From a virus (lineage: Duplodnaviria; Caudoviricetes): a stretch of DNA of 58,507 bases. Positions within the stretch are counted from its first letter, which is position 1. Every line of letters starts with the position of its first letter. Location: positions 1 to 58,507 of IMG/VR virus record IMGVR_UViG_3300031669_000032. One strand, given 5' to 3'. The translations under genes and the position numbers were made by a program. The notes under the pieces were generated by a model. It was not told where the DNA came from and searched no databases. It saw only the letters and a list, made by a program, of their open reading frames with translations. This document shows positions 1 through 8,982 of the stretch, piece by piece.

Positions 1-301
1 TAATATTTAGGTTCCAAATTATTTTCAGGTCTCTCAATATCTCATCAGCGCTCATTAAGAACGATTCAGCTTTCCTCTTTTTCAGGTATGCAATTCTATT
101 TGCAATTTTAGTGTTTTTTAGTAATACATTTGCATTAACAGACGCACCATTATTTCCTTTCATTTTGTATCCAGCATTCAAATAAGCATCCCCCATCGAT
201 GTGCCACTTACCATATTCATGCAGAATTGCTCCCATCTTGAATTTTCGAGTGGTGAGCTGGGATCGAGGTTCTCATTTACTATCTTTCGTTTCTTTTTCA
301 T
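1..301 (-). CDS. terS: Terminase small subunit (truncated by window edge)
   Basis: Manual translation MKKKRKIVNENLDPSSPLENSRWEQFCMNMVSGTSMGDAYLNAGYK...ASVNANVLLKNTKIANRIAYLK fits the TerS HTH pattern (F...AY..AGY...A..LL....I..RI); not in ORF track because it runs off the edge. Confidence 0.8.
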   Translation of the reverse strand, partial: MKKKRKIVNENLDPSSPLENSRWEQFCMNMVSGTSMGDAYLNAGYKMKGNNGASVNANVLLKNTKIANRIAYLKKRKAESFLMSADEILRDLKIIWNLNI

Positions 302-302
302 G

Positions 303-710
303 TCAACTACACGTCTCCATTTTCTCAAAATTTACCCTCTCGCTATAGTAGCCATTTGAGCCACCATACCATCTTATTGTTACGGTACCTTTTACCGTCC
401 CAATTTTATAGAAAGTCCAGGTAAACGATTCGTAGTATTCCGGCATGTTGACTCCGTCCGGTATTTCGTTATCATGAGTGACCTCTTCTGCCAACAAAAT
501 GGGGGTGTTCAGCAGATCGTTTAGATCTCCGCAAACATCTTCGATCACTACGTTTTCGCAGCAATTCTGATCGTGGTATAACCTGTACCTATTTCCTGTA
601 TCGGTTGTGAAGATGATCTCATCGCCAACATTGCCCCTTTCCTTCAATACCTCGACACTAACCAACACATTGCCGACTAATAATTCAAAGCTTACCTCGT
701 TATCTATCAT
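303..710 (-). CDS. Conserved phage hypothetical protein (DUF7448-like, recalled)
   Basis: YHDQNCCENV.IED.CGD and TWTFYK...KG.VTIRWYG.SNGYYSE motifs typical of a widespread phage family. Confidence 0.7.
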   Translation of the reverse strand: MIDNEVSFELLVGNVLVSVEVLKERGNVGDEIIFTTDTGNRYRLYHDQNCCENVVIEDVCGDLNDLLNTPILLAEEVTHDNEIPDGVNMPEYYESFTWTFYKIGTVKGTVTIRWYGGSNGYYSERVNFEKMETCS

Positions 711-716
711 AACACG

Positions 717-1220
717 CTACCATCCAAAACCACATTTCGGGCATTTATTCTTTTTCTTATCATCCCCTTCTTTCTCATTTATTACCGGATCCTCATAATA
801 GCACATTTTAAACGTCCCCATGTTCACTCCGGCCGGGGCAATCACTGTTTTGATCTTATAGAAGTCGAGGTTATTTATCTCTATGTACTTATGCAGCTCA
901 TTGTCTTGTATTCTCCCATATTCCGATAGCATAAGCAATAACATCGCTTTAGCTTCCTTCTCGCTATCAGCATAGATTTCAACACAGGCGATTTCTGTTT
1001 CCGGGGGATATCCCATGCTCCGCAGAACGAAAGTCCGCTGCCTGCCGTCAAGGATTTTGTCTCCCCAGATGCGCACAGGGTCGCAATAACCAAATTCTTT
1101 GATGGCCTTTTCTAATTTCTTTGCCTTTGCTTCGTTTAGTTCTTTCAGATTGCCCTGGAAGTTTTCAAGTTCAGCTAAAGTCTTATAAACAATTTTCCCT
1201 ACTCTATTTCTTAGTTCCAT
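717..1220 (-). CDS. ParB/Srx-like N-terminal domain protein with C-terminal Zn ribbon
   Basis: L.KAIKEFGYCDPV.IW...ILDGRQR motif; terminal CPKCG; typical upstream of terS. Confidence 0.75.
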   Translation of the reverse strand: MELRNRVGKIVYKTLAELENFQGNLKELNEAKAKKLEKAIKEFGYCDPVRIWGDKILDGRQRTFVLRSMGYPPETEIACVEIYADSEKEAKAMLLLMLSEYGRIQDNELHKYIEINNLDFYKIKTVIAPAGVNMGTFKMCYYEDPVINEKEGDDKKKNKCPKCGFGW

Positions 1221-1222
1221 GG

Positions 1223-1501
1223 TTATCTTCCCGTTTGGTTGACCAGCATCACAGCTATTTCCATTTCAGAAAGCGCATTGTCTACGGAACCTACAGCATC
1301 GCACAGGCTTCTATTGGATACGATTAGCCCCCTTGTTACCAATACAATTCTGGCTACATTTCGCTTCTTTTCAATCTTTGCCTGCTTGCTGCGGTCAAAA
1401 GTACCATACTCAAGAAACAGTCTCAAATTAAACAGGTAATATTTTAACTTCGTTTTGATACCGAAATGCCTTAACTCCCGGATGTGATTTTTTATCTTCA
1501 T
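1223..1501 (-). CDS. Hypothetical protein, probably leaderless
   Basis: ORF track; ATG follows a -10 box after a 6-nt spacer. Confidence 0.55.
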   Translation of the reverse strand: MKIKNHIRELRHFGIKTKLKYYLFNLRLFLEYGTFDRSKQAKIEKKRNVARIVLVTRGLIVSNRSLCDAVGSVDNALSEMEIAVMLVNQTGR

Positions 1502-1507
1502 GATCTT

Positions 1508-1536
1508 AATATAACATGACTTTCAATATTTTTCAA
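1508..1536 (-). promoter_or_regulatory. sigma70-type promoter for the packaging operon
   Basis: TTGAAA-17-TATATT with TGn extension. Confidence 0.6.
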
Positions 1537-1734
1537 CTTTCTTGTTTTGGTTGCAAGTTTTTCGCTATGCATTTGTTTAGCATTCCTTCTATTTCGTGAG
1601 CCATTAACTCGTTATTCACGCACAGCCTTTATTGCATATGGGTGCCGAACTTTCAACTCCTTATCACCGAAAGCATTCGTTTTGCGTTTCCCTGCACATC
1701 TTTTAGCCATCTTATTCTCCTTCTAATAATTTTT

Positions 1735-1953
1735 TTAATTTTCCTCTTCTACGTAATTGTTTATATTTACGCCTACTTTCCTATCCTCATCTGTTATGCC
1801 GCAATCATCCAGGTTACCACTAATGCCAGTTGCATCGCCATGAACACCAAAGGCATTGCCATAAATTCCAGACTTATCGCCTTTCAAATTCCCGTCGTTA
1901 ACAAGCAGCTTTACGCCCTTCGCTTTTCTTAGTTTTTTTGATTTTTCTTTCAT
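1735..1953 (-). CDS. Hypothetical protein
   Basis: ORF with AAGGAG RBS; Gly-rich G.L.GD.SGI.G repeats. Confidence 0.6.
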   Translation of the reverse strand: MKEKSKKLRKAKGVKLLVNDGNLKGDKSGIYGNAFGVHGDATGISGNLDDCGITDEDRKVGVNINNYVEEEN

Positions 1954-1965
1954 GATATTATCTCC

Positions 1966-2826
1966 TTATTTTACTGGCAATCCCTTAACTTCCGGGATTA
2001 ACCAGCCTTTCTCCAATTCTGTTTTTATCTTATTTTCTGCAATTTCGCAGAACTTTTCGTTGCCATCACACCCTATAGTATTTCGTCCTAATTGAATGGC
2101 CCTTGCGCACGTGGTACCGGTTCCACAAAATGGGTCAAGAATTATCCCACCTTCCGGACACCCAGCGATAATCGGTTTATCTATTAGGTCTGGATTATAG
2201 GCGGCGCAATGGCCTTCCTTAGATGGTTTAACTGTTATATCCCAGAGGTCGGATACGTCACCTGGGTTTTTGCCAGATTTCACCGAGTTAAGATCAAAGT
2301 AATAATCCCTTTGCTTAGTAAATAAGAACACGTATTCATGCTTCCGAGAGAACCTGTCAATAACTCCCTCTGGCATACAGTTACGTTTTGCCCAAACAAT
2401 AGTATTCCTGAGAATCCAACCCCGGTCGACACAGCCTATCGCGAAACGGTGCGGAATAAGCAAAAGGCATTTCTCTGACATGCCTGGCGGTGGGTGTCTA
2501 TATCCTAATTTTGACAAAGACTCCATTCCTTTTATTGTTTTCTGCTTCCCACCCAATTTATTCGCACTACTCCGCCCACCCGCGCTGTAGGTATCTCCCA
2601 GGTTAATCCACATAGTGCCGGTATCTTTTAGTATCCGATGGGCGAATCCCATGAATTGCCATAAGTGCTCTAAATATTCCTGGAATGTTGGTTCTAATCC
2701 CCATTGCTCCTGATATCCATAATCCCTTAACTGCCAATAAGGCGGAGAAGTAATAATGCAATCGATGGATTTGCTGGCAATTTCTGATATTAATTCAAGG
2801 CAATCCTTATGATATATTTTATTCAC
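1966..2826 (-). CDS. DNA amino-methyltransferase, beta class (likely N4-cytosine)
   Basis: TSPPY catalytic motif near the N terminus; LDPFCGTGTT SAM-binding motif near the C terminus. Confidence 0.93.
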   Translation of the reverse strand: MNKIYHKDCLELISEIASKSIDCIITSPPYWQLRDYGYQEQWGLEPTFQEYLEHLWQFMGFAHRILKDTGTMWINLGDTYSAGGRSSANKLGGKQKTIKGMESLSKLGYRHPPPGMSEKCLLLIPHRFAIGCVDRGWILRNTIVWAKRNCMPEGVIDRFSRKHEYVFLFTKQRDYYFDLNSVKSGKNPGDVSDLWDITVKPSKEGHCAAYNPDLIDKPIIAGCPEGGIILDPFCGTGTTCARAIQLGRNTIGCDGNEKFCEIAENKIKTELEKGWLIPEVKGLPVK

Positions 2827-4256
2827 TTGTATATTATCTCCTTTTTCTCTCTATTAACCAGCAGCACCGATAGCCTTTGCTCCGCTATCTTGACATGTTC
2901 AGCTACCTTATCGCAGCCTATGAAATCTCTATTCATCCCGGCTGCAGCCAGTAGACTTGACCCGCTGCCGGCATAAAAGTCCCCGATCAGATCACCCGGT
3001 CGACTTGCAAGCGTTACCAGGTAAGCGAATATCTGCACTGGCTTTTCAGTTAGGTGCGCCTCTCTGCCGACCTTTGTTGACGCCGATGGTTTCGGCACTG
3101 GTAGGAATGGGTATGTTTTGGGCAACTTTTCGCGGCACCAAGAATCGAAACAAAAATATCTGGTATATGAGCCGGAATCCTGATAACCGGTCGAGGCTTC
3201 ACTTTTATTTCCAAATATACCTTTTTTACTTCCACTGCCAGATTTTCCGCCATTTACAATAGACTTTGCAGGCCTTGATTTTTCACATTCTCCGGTATCA
3301 AGTAGGTCGCCCTGGACGAGCAGGTTTGTGGGGTATCTGCCGTCAAGTCGTTTCCATTGATTCTCTATTCCGTAATTATTAATTAATTTTCCACCAACAA
3401 ATTTATCCTGCAATCCGCTTACCTCCCGTCGTGTATCCTCGCCCATCAACGGCACCCTACACCTATCAAGCCAGGTGCAAGCATGGCCGTTCATTATTGT
3501 CGCTGTGACGTAATCGCTTAACTTTGTATCTCGGTACGGGGTAGACTCGACTAATTTTCCATCAATCCACAACTCATCATTTAAGGCCGGATTAATGGCG
3601 ATCTTTCTGATAGTTTTCGTCTTTTCCCTTTTGGTCTCGAAATAATCTATTTTATGTTTTTCCCAGATTTCCGACCGCTTCACTTTCTCTACTGGCTTCA
3701 TGGCCGTGATTATTATTTCCAGGCACGGCTTCGGACGGTACCTAACGTATGCACCGTCAAATTCTTTTGCAAGGTCGGAAGCTGGGGCGGTGATTTTCCC
3801 TCCCTGCGTTACTGTTTTGCGATACCCCTCTTTTACTCTTTTTACAGAAATACCATTCGGCCTTGTGTATTCCTTTATAACCTCTCCCTCCACTCCCAGC
3901 CTCTTATCGATCATTTTCGACACATTAGCACCCAACCCAATCCCGGTAGCATATGTCCAATAAATTGACGGGAAGTCAATCATGAACCCAGCATCTTCGA
4001 TAAGCCTGGTCATCCGGTAAAGCAGGTCCTGCCTGGGAGATGAGAACACGAAACAGAACGCGCCGGGCTTCAATACCCTGAACATTTCAAGAAAGGCTTC
4101 CTTCGACGGTAAAACCTTGTCCCAACTCACTCCCATAAGCTTCATCCCGTAGGGAGGATCCGCGGCTATCATATCAAGCTTATTGTCCGGGATTCTTTTC
4201 AGTAATTCGATATTATCGCAGTGGTAAACTTTATTCGTCAATATTTTGGGTTCCAT
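2823..4256 (-). CDS. DNA amino-methyltransferase, beta class (likely N6-adenine)
   Basis: DPPY motif; RVLKPG; H.TEKP; DFYAGSGS. Confidence 0.92.
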   Translation of the reverse strand: MEPKILTNKVYHCDNIELLKRIPDNKLDMIAADPPYGMKLMGVSWDKVLPSKEAFLEMFRVLKPGAFCFVFSSPRQDLLYRMTRLIEDAGFMIDFPSIYWTYATGIGLGANVSKMIDKRLGVEGEVIKEYTRPNGISVKRVKEGYRKTVTQGGKITAPASDLAKEFDGAYVRYRPKPCLEIIITAMKPVEKVKRSEIWEKHKIDYFETKREKTKTIRKIAINPALNDELWIDGKLVESTPYRDTKLSDYVTATIMNGHACTWLDRCRVPLMGEDTRREVSGLQDKFVGGKLINNYGIENQWKRLDGRYPTNLLVQGDLLDTGECEKSRPAKSIVNGGKSGSGSKKGIFGNKSEASTGYQDSGSYTRYFCFDSWCREKLPKTYPFLPVPKPSASTKVGREAHLTEKPVQIFAYLVTLASRPGDLIGDFYAGSGSSLLAAAGMNRDFIGCDKVAEHVKIAEQRLSVLLVNREKKEIIYK

Positions 4257-4456
4257 TTCACAAATAACCTCCTAATGATATACGTTCTGGCAATACTCAT
4301 TACCGTAAAGAACAGCACTACCGATATGCTCTCTATGTATGACCTTGAAAATATAAGGTGATAGAGAATCGCGTTCAGTATGAATCCAACCGTGGTATTG
4401 CTTACCGCCTCGATAAAGCTTTTCTTTTTGGTCTGGGTGTGCATCCGCTTCGTCAC
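4238..4456 (-). CDS. Small membrane protein (DUF7220-like, recalled)
   Basis: QTKK.SFIEA..N..VGF...FT..SI.R.Y..RRLF pattern, two hydrophobic segments. Confidence 0.7.
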   Translation of the reverse strand: MTKRMHTQTKKKSFIEAVSNTTVGFILNAILYHLIFSRSYIESISVVLFFTVMSIARTYIIRRLFVKWNPKY

Positions 4457-4459
4457 TTT

Positions 4460-4669
4460 CTAAAGCTCCTCAAATTTCTTTTCTGTCCGCATAAATACGG
4501 AGCATTGGTCTTGAGTCCCAGTAATTTCAATCCTGCTACAGTGTGCCGCGTGCTCGCAAAGTAAACTTGTAGCATCGCAGTCCAAACTGCCGTGTATTTC
4601 GGTGGTCGAACTCACACCCTTCTCTTCCATTAATTTTGTCAATAATTCTGATAATTTTAAAATGGTCAT
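4460..4669 (-). CDS. Hypothetical protein
   Basis: Start moved to ATG with AAGGAG RBS. Confidence 0.55.
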   Translation of the reverse strand: MTILKLSELLTKLMEEKGVSSTTEIHGSLDCDATSLLCEHAAHCSRIEITGTQDQCSVFMRTEKKFEEL

Positions 4670-4829
4670 ACTTTTCTCCTTTAATTTAATTTGGCTTTCG
4701 GTGCCATAAATTTGTCGTGCCACAGCCATGCCAACACTACAGCCTTTTCTTTAGTTGTTAAACAGTAAAATTCTTTTCCAAAAAAAAACTTTGCCAACTG
4801 GTATGTCTCGTCTTTTTCTTTTATATTCA

Positions 4830-5066
4830 TTATACTACCTCTTGTTTTTCATAAAACATCGAACATTTCCCGCAAAAATTATCTTCCTGGATAGGAATCA
4901 GCATAGTGAGAATGTTTTTTGCTATATTATTGTTTCCACTTTTTTGTTCATAATTGTACTCAAAATGTGCAAGCCAGACCTTGCAACCCTTCCAGTGCAC
5001 ACACCTTTTGCAATACTCCTCTTCGTACTGGTCGGCTTCACAGCCATTACTAAAGTATCCCATCAT
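4830..5066 (-). CDS. Cys-rich hypothetical protein, paralog A1
   Basis: MMGYFS.G.E...Y...YC..C; paralog of 5899-6126. Confidence 0.7.
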   Translation of the reverse strand: MMGYFSNGCEADQYEEEYCKRCVHWKGCKVWLAHFEYNYEQKSGNNNIAKNILTMLIPIQEDNFCGKCSMFYEKQEVV

Positions 5067-5491
5067 CTACACCATTCAAGATTGTAACTTCCATATAATT
5101 CGCAAGCCTCGTACATTTTGGCAGGGATTACTTTTAGCCTGCTGTATGAAGGCGTGAAATACTTAACCCCATCTTTCACAAAGCAGCAAATGAGCATAAG
5201 GTTTCTGTTTTTCATGACCGTTACCCCGTCTTTCTTTAGCAATGCGCCCCAATACACGAAGCTCAATAACTCCTCATATGGTTCATGTCTCCCCTGGATA
5301 AGCAGTTCTATTTTTGCTATTTTTGCCAATTTACCTTCGTTTTTATATTCCGCTATCATTACGATATCTCCCACCTGCACCGGGCTATTATTTTTTATGA
5401 ATTCACCTATAACCGTGGTAGATTCTTTTCGCACATTGTACCGGTAATCGCTGAACTTCTTTGATCTTAATTCAATTAATTTTTCTTTCAT
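5063..5491 (-). CDS. Hypothetical protein
   Basis: ORF with GAGGAG RBS. Confidence 0.6.
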   Translation of the reverse strand: MKEKLIELRSKKFSDYRYNVRKESTTVIGEFIKNNSPVQVGDIVMIAEYKNEGKLAKIAKIELLIQGRHEPYEELLSFVYWGALLKKDGVTVMKNRNLMLICCFVKDGVKYFTPSYSRLKVIPAKMYEACELYGSYNLEWCR

Positions 5492-5492
5492 C

Positions 5493-5678
5493 TTAAGCTC
5501 CTCTTTTTTTAAATTCATCGTATGCGGCAAGTATCTTCTTTGCCTCATGTATTTGGCTATTCAATAGACTGCAATACGACCTGTCATCGCTAAAGCTCTG
5601 CAGCGCATCGTAGTATTTGCCGATTGTATTTTCCATATATTCTCTGAAATTTTTTGGTTCATCTGCGTTCATTTTCAA
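5493..5678 (-). CDS. Hypothetical protein
   Basis: ORF fills the operon gap. Confidence 0.5.
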   Translation of the reverse strand: MKMNADEPKNFREYMENTIGKYYDALQSFSDDRSYCSLLNSQIHEAKKILAAYDEFKKRGA

Positions 5679-5683
5679 TCTCC

Positions 5684-5887
5684 TCAGTCATAGAAAAGGC
5701 AATCATCACACAGAAACTTATCGCCAGATTTACACTCAAAACACATCATCCGCTCAACACACCCACAGATCAAACATTGTAGCGCAGGCTTTTTGCCGCT
5801 TACCACTCGCTTAGTATTCTTAAAGTTGTTTGCAGCTAAGTCGATATCGCAATCAGGGCAATTGTATTTAATTGATTTTTGCTTCAT
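5684..5887 (-). CDS. Zn-finger-like hypothetical protein
   Basis: Four CxxC pairs; AGGAGG RBS. Confidence 0.6.
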   Translation of the reverse strand: MKQKSIKYNCPDCDIDLAANNFKNTKRVVSGKKPALQCLICGCVERMMCFECKSGDKFLCDDCLFYD

Positions 5888-5898
5888 TCTTTTGCCTC

Positions 5899-6126
5899 CT
5901 ATCTTTCGTAAAACATCGAACATTTCTCATTGTTCATTCCCCCTACGTCAAGTGAAATAAGCATATTTAGGATTTTCCTTCCTACGTGTTTCTCTTTATC
6001 ATGTAACCTGTGAGCATACATTATATGAGCTAAATGTACAGAGCAATCACCGCAACGCACGCACTTCTCGCAATAGATCGCCTCATACACATCCAATTCC
6101 GACCCACAACTAAAGTATCCCATCAT
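5899..6126 (-). CDS. Cys-rich hypothetical protein, paralog A2
   Basis: Paralog of 4830-5066. Confidence 0.7.
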   Translation of the reverse strand: MMGYFSCGSELDVYEAIYCEKCVRCGDCSVHLAHIMYAHRLHDKEKHVGRKILNMLISLDVGGMNNEKCSMFYER

Positions 6127-6554
6127 TTGTCTCCCTTTCCCCAATAAATTAGGTTCATATGCTCGTTATAGTGCGGCTTGAAAAAGTCTGCCATTTCGGA
6201 GAAGTTATTCCAGCCGTCCATGATCGCAAGTCTTTCCAATATGCCGACGGGGTGCCTTTCCCAATCAACATAATCGGCTCTCCAATATAGAGCATCTATC
6301 AGGAAATCACTTTCCACTCTGACATAATCCAAACCCCACGGAATAAACCTGATATCCCACACCCCGGTACATTCCTTCTCTTTGCCCTTCTCGAATATCC
6401 GCTTACATTGGGGCGTTCTCAAGCCGGTATACATATATAGGGTATCTCCTGGATACGCTGGTACCTTGCCATCTTTCCGCTTTACCCTGTTAGTCAACAC
6501 TTTCGTACCGTCAACTATTTTCTGGCCGAACTGTTTCTTGAATCCTACCAACAT
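6123..6554 (-). CDS. ASCH/PUA-like domain protein
   Basis: F...F...I.DGTK..T.R, PGD.L..YTG.RT and LA..DG motifs. Confidence 0.75.
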   Translation of the reverse strand: MLVGFKKQFGQKIVDGTKVLTNRVKRKDGKVPAYPGDTLYMYTGLRTPQCKRIFEKGKEKECTGVWDIRFIPWGLDYVRVESDFLIDALYWRADYVDWERHPVGILERLAIMDGWNNFSEMADFFKPHYNEHMNLIYWGKGDK

Positions 6555-6566
6555 TTCATACCTCCT

Positions 6567-6893
6567 TTAAAATTTTTCAAATCCGTACCCGAAAAAATAA
6601 ATAACTTCCCAGTACGTCTCCTCATCGAAATCCGGATCATCGACCCCGCACATGCCGCCATGCAAAATATCTAACACATCCCCGCCATACAAGTCTCCTT
6701 CCCCGCTACCACAAAGAACATAATAGCACGGAATGCAAATGTAGGTATTTAATATTTTTTTATGGTTGGAGCAGGCTATTTCCACCACCATCGAACCGGA
6801 GGGTATTTCACGGCAGCACGTTTCGCATCGATGCAATTCACCGTTTCTTTTTCTCCTTACTTTGTGGGTCTCGCATGATAAAATTTCTGTCAT
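6567..6893 (-). CDS. Zn-binding hypothetical protein
   Basis: H.CETC...I..G and C..C motifs. Confidence 0.55.
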   Translation of the reverse strand: MTEILSCETHKVRRKRNGELHRCETCCREIPSGSMVVEIACSNHKKILNTYICIPCYYVLCGSGEGDLYGGDVLDILHGGMCGVDDPDFDEETYWEVIYFFGYGFEKF

Positions 6894-7405
6894 TTTGATT
6901 TCTCCACGCAATCATGGCAAATCTCTTCGCAGAAATGATTGCCAGAAAAATCATGCTTTTTGATAAGCTCTACCGAGTCATCAAAAAAGCTTTCAAATCC
7001 CGATACGCAATTCGCGATATACATTGGATATTTTAGCGCCTTGTAAAGGCCGGGGATCATCGGTTTTCCGTTATGTTTAATATTATTTTCGTCAATCACG
7101 CTCTTTGTAATTGCGAAACGATAATCCTCCGCCTTAGTTGCTTTATCAAAACAATCTTCGCAAATCGGGCATACCTGCTGATAGTGATCGCTATAACAAT
7201 CATCGCACATTGGATCGCCGTTATCATCTACCTCAGGTGACTCGATCTCATCTCTGTTTAACACCCGATGGCAATATCCGCAAATACCCTCCGCTTCGCT
7301 ATAGCAAGCCGGGCAAACTGGCGATCCTTCAGTATCGTTTTCCACAAATTCTCCGGCCCCTACCATGAATTTATTTCTACAAATAGCGCATTTATGTTCC
7401 TTCAT
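6890..7405 (-). CDS. Multi-Zn-finger hypothetical protein
   Basis: Six CxxC pairs; AGGAGG RBS. Confidence 0.7.
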   Translation of the reverse strand: MKEHKCAICRNKFMVGAGEFVENDTEGSPVCPACYSEAEGICGYCHRVLNRDEIESPEVDDNGDPMCDDCYSDHYQQVCPICEDCFDKATKAEDYRFAITKSVIDENNIKHNGKPMIPGLYKALKYPMYIANCVSGFESFFDDSVELIKKHDFSGNHFCEEICHDCVEKSK

Positions 7406-7406
7406 T

Positions 7407-7709
7407 TTACCCTCCTATCAAGGCCATTATATTAGCCTCTGAGAGAAAACCATTTTTGGTATTTTTTACGACATTTTCATTTAGTACCGCCGATATTGGC
7501 AAGCTTCTTGCATGAAGTAAGCCCATCACGTCTGTCCCGGCATCGGCATAATACACCGGGACACTTATCTTCCCTTTGTTTATCATGCTATCAACTCTCG
7601 CATGTAGCTGTTTGCACGGCTGGCAGGACTTAGAGCCGACTATTAACATAACTTTACGGCCGTTCATTTCCTCTTGAAGTTCTGATTTTGAGTTGATTAT
7701 TTTGATCAT
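7407..7709 (-). CDS. Thioredoxin-like protein
   Basis: CQPCK active-site-like motif and RSLP cis-Pro-like motif. Confidence 0.75.
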   Translation of the reverse strand: MIKIINSKSELQEEMNGRKVMLIVGSKSCQPCKQLHARVDSMINKGKISVPVYYADAGTDVMGLLHARSLPISAVLNENVVKNTKNGFLSEANIMALIGG

Positions 7710-8113
7710 CTTATCTCCTTAAAGGCGTTACTTAACGCACATACGACATGTTGGGCTGTGGTTTGGGCTGCAGCTAAATATGAAAATCTATTTAAATAAA
7801 TCGGCAATGTTTCTGTAAACAAATACATGTCGAAGTTAATTTCATAATCTGAATTCTTTAAAGCCGATATTTCAAAACATTCAGTTTTATTCACTGTGCC
7901 TATCCATATTTTCTTTTTATCTTTTTGCCGCCAATTTATCTTTATGCTTACATCTTCAAGTCCACACCTGCAGTCTACCGGGCCGAACGTTTCTTTTGCT
8001 GATTCAGCTTCACGATCAATACTCTTTATGCGCCCGATTAATGCGGCAACTGTATATGCGATTATTATCAAAAGACCCAAAATTATCGTAATTAAAAAAT
8101 TTTGTAAATTCAT
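7706..8113 (-). CDS. Hypothetical protein with N-terminal TM helix
   Basis: Hydrophobic residues 6-26; AAGGAG RBS. Confidence 0.6.
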   Translation of the reverse strand: MNLQNFLITIILGLLIIIAYTVAALIGRIKSIDREAESAKETFGPVDCRCGLEDVSIKINWRQKDKKKIWIGTVNKTECFEISALKNSDYEINFDMYLFTETLPIYLNRFSYLAAAQTTAQHVVCALSNAFKEIR

Positions 8114-8147
8114 TTTATTCTCCTTCTATTCATATCTATGCTTAGCA

Positions 8148-8360
8148 TCATTTCGCCCCCTTTCCTTCTTTCCTCATCAGCGATCTGCAGTAAGCACAGC
8201 AAAAGCCTTTTCCTCTATCAGCATTCAGCGCACCGCAAGTCTCACAAACGGTATCATAACTATAGCCATAGTCTCTGCCTATATCCCTTATATAGGCGAT
8301 GATCGCACACATAAGCAAAAGCAATAAGCCTAAGAGGATTGAAACTATTAATGTCATCAT
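8148..8360 (-). CDS. Small membrane-anchored Zn-ribbon protein
   Basis: TM helix then CETCGA...CAYC. Confidence 0.6.
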   Translation of the reverse strand: MMTLIVSILLGLLLLLMCAIIAYIRDIGRDYGYSYDTVCETCGALNADRGKGFCCAYCRSLMRKEGKGAK

Positions 8361-8650
8361 TTTTCGTCTCGCTTTATCACTGTGCAGGGTTCACTCACCC
8401 AATACGTGAAGTTATTTTCCAGGTCTCGGAAATACCAATGGTCACTGATACCACTCGGAGCATACATCACTATGGCCTTCTTGCATAGTGTATGCCGTGA
8501 GTTGTTAAAAGTAACGCTCACAATATCGCCAATTTTAATTCCGTCGACTTCTCTCTCTTTATTTTCATGCTTTTTCGCCTCTTCACTCAGTAGCCGGCGC
8601 ATCCATTCAAGTATTCCTAACATTTCATAAAAATCATTATCGCTAATCAT
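8357..8650 (-). CDS. Hypothetical protein
   Basis: AGGAGG RBS; overlaps neighbouring start/stop codons. Confidence 0.6.
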   Translation of the reverse strand: MISDNDFYEMLGILEWMRRLLSEEAKKHENKEREVDGIKIGDIVSVTFNNSRHTLCKKAIVMYAPSGISDHWYFRDLENNFTYWVSEPCTVIKRDEK

Positions 8651-8982
8651 TTTATTACCTCCTTCTCCTCGATAATTTCCAACTCTTCTGCAGCCACCCA
8701 CCATCCAACCTTTGCTGTCTTGTGAGCTTTTCCAGATTTGGTTATTTTCGCCAGGTGGTATTCGATCTTGAACTTTTCATGGTGACCTATCCTTCTTTCC
8801 ACCACTATTCCAATTGCCCCGCAGTCGTATCCACTTTTAGTTTTCACTTTTTGGCCCTGCTTTAGGCCGGTTTCGTTCATGTATTCCCATTCAGCATTTT
8901 TGATTTCTGTTTTTATGATTGACAGGGCGCTTGTGATTTTCCGCTTCCTGTCATATAGTTTTTGTAATTTTTCTTTGGTCAT
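8647..8982 (-). CDS. Hypothetical protein
   Basis: GGAGG RBS; coupled to the loader gene. Confidence 0.6.
   Translation of the reverse strand: MTKEKLQKLYDRKRKITSALSIIKTEIKNAEWEYMNETGLKQGQKVKTKSGYDCGAIGIVVERRIGHHEKFKIEYHLAKITKSGKAHKTAKVGWWVAAEELEIIEEKEVIK

Noticed and set aside
717-1220. ParABS plasmid-prophage partition system
   Set aside because: No ParA; ParB-like domains next to terS are common and usually unrelated to partitioning
1498-1710. Read-through gene across TAA at 1612-1614
   Set aside because: 32-codon ORF with RBS, then an open frame to 1498, but no recognisable protein and it overlaps a promoter
2823-4256. Intein or intron in the long methyltransferase
   Set aside because: The extra segment lacks intein terminal motifs and the frame is continuous
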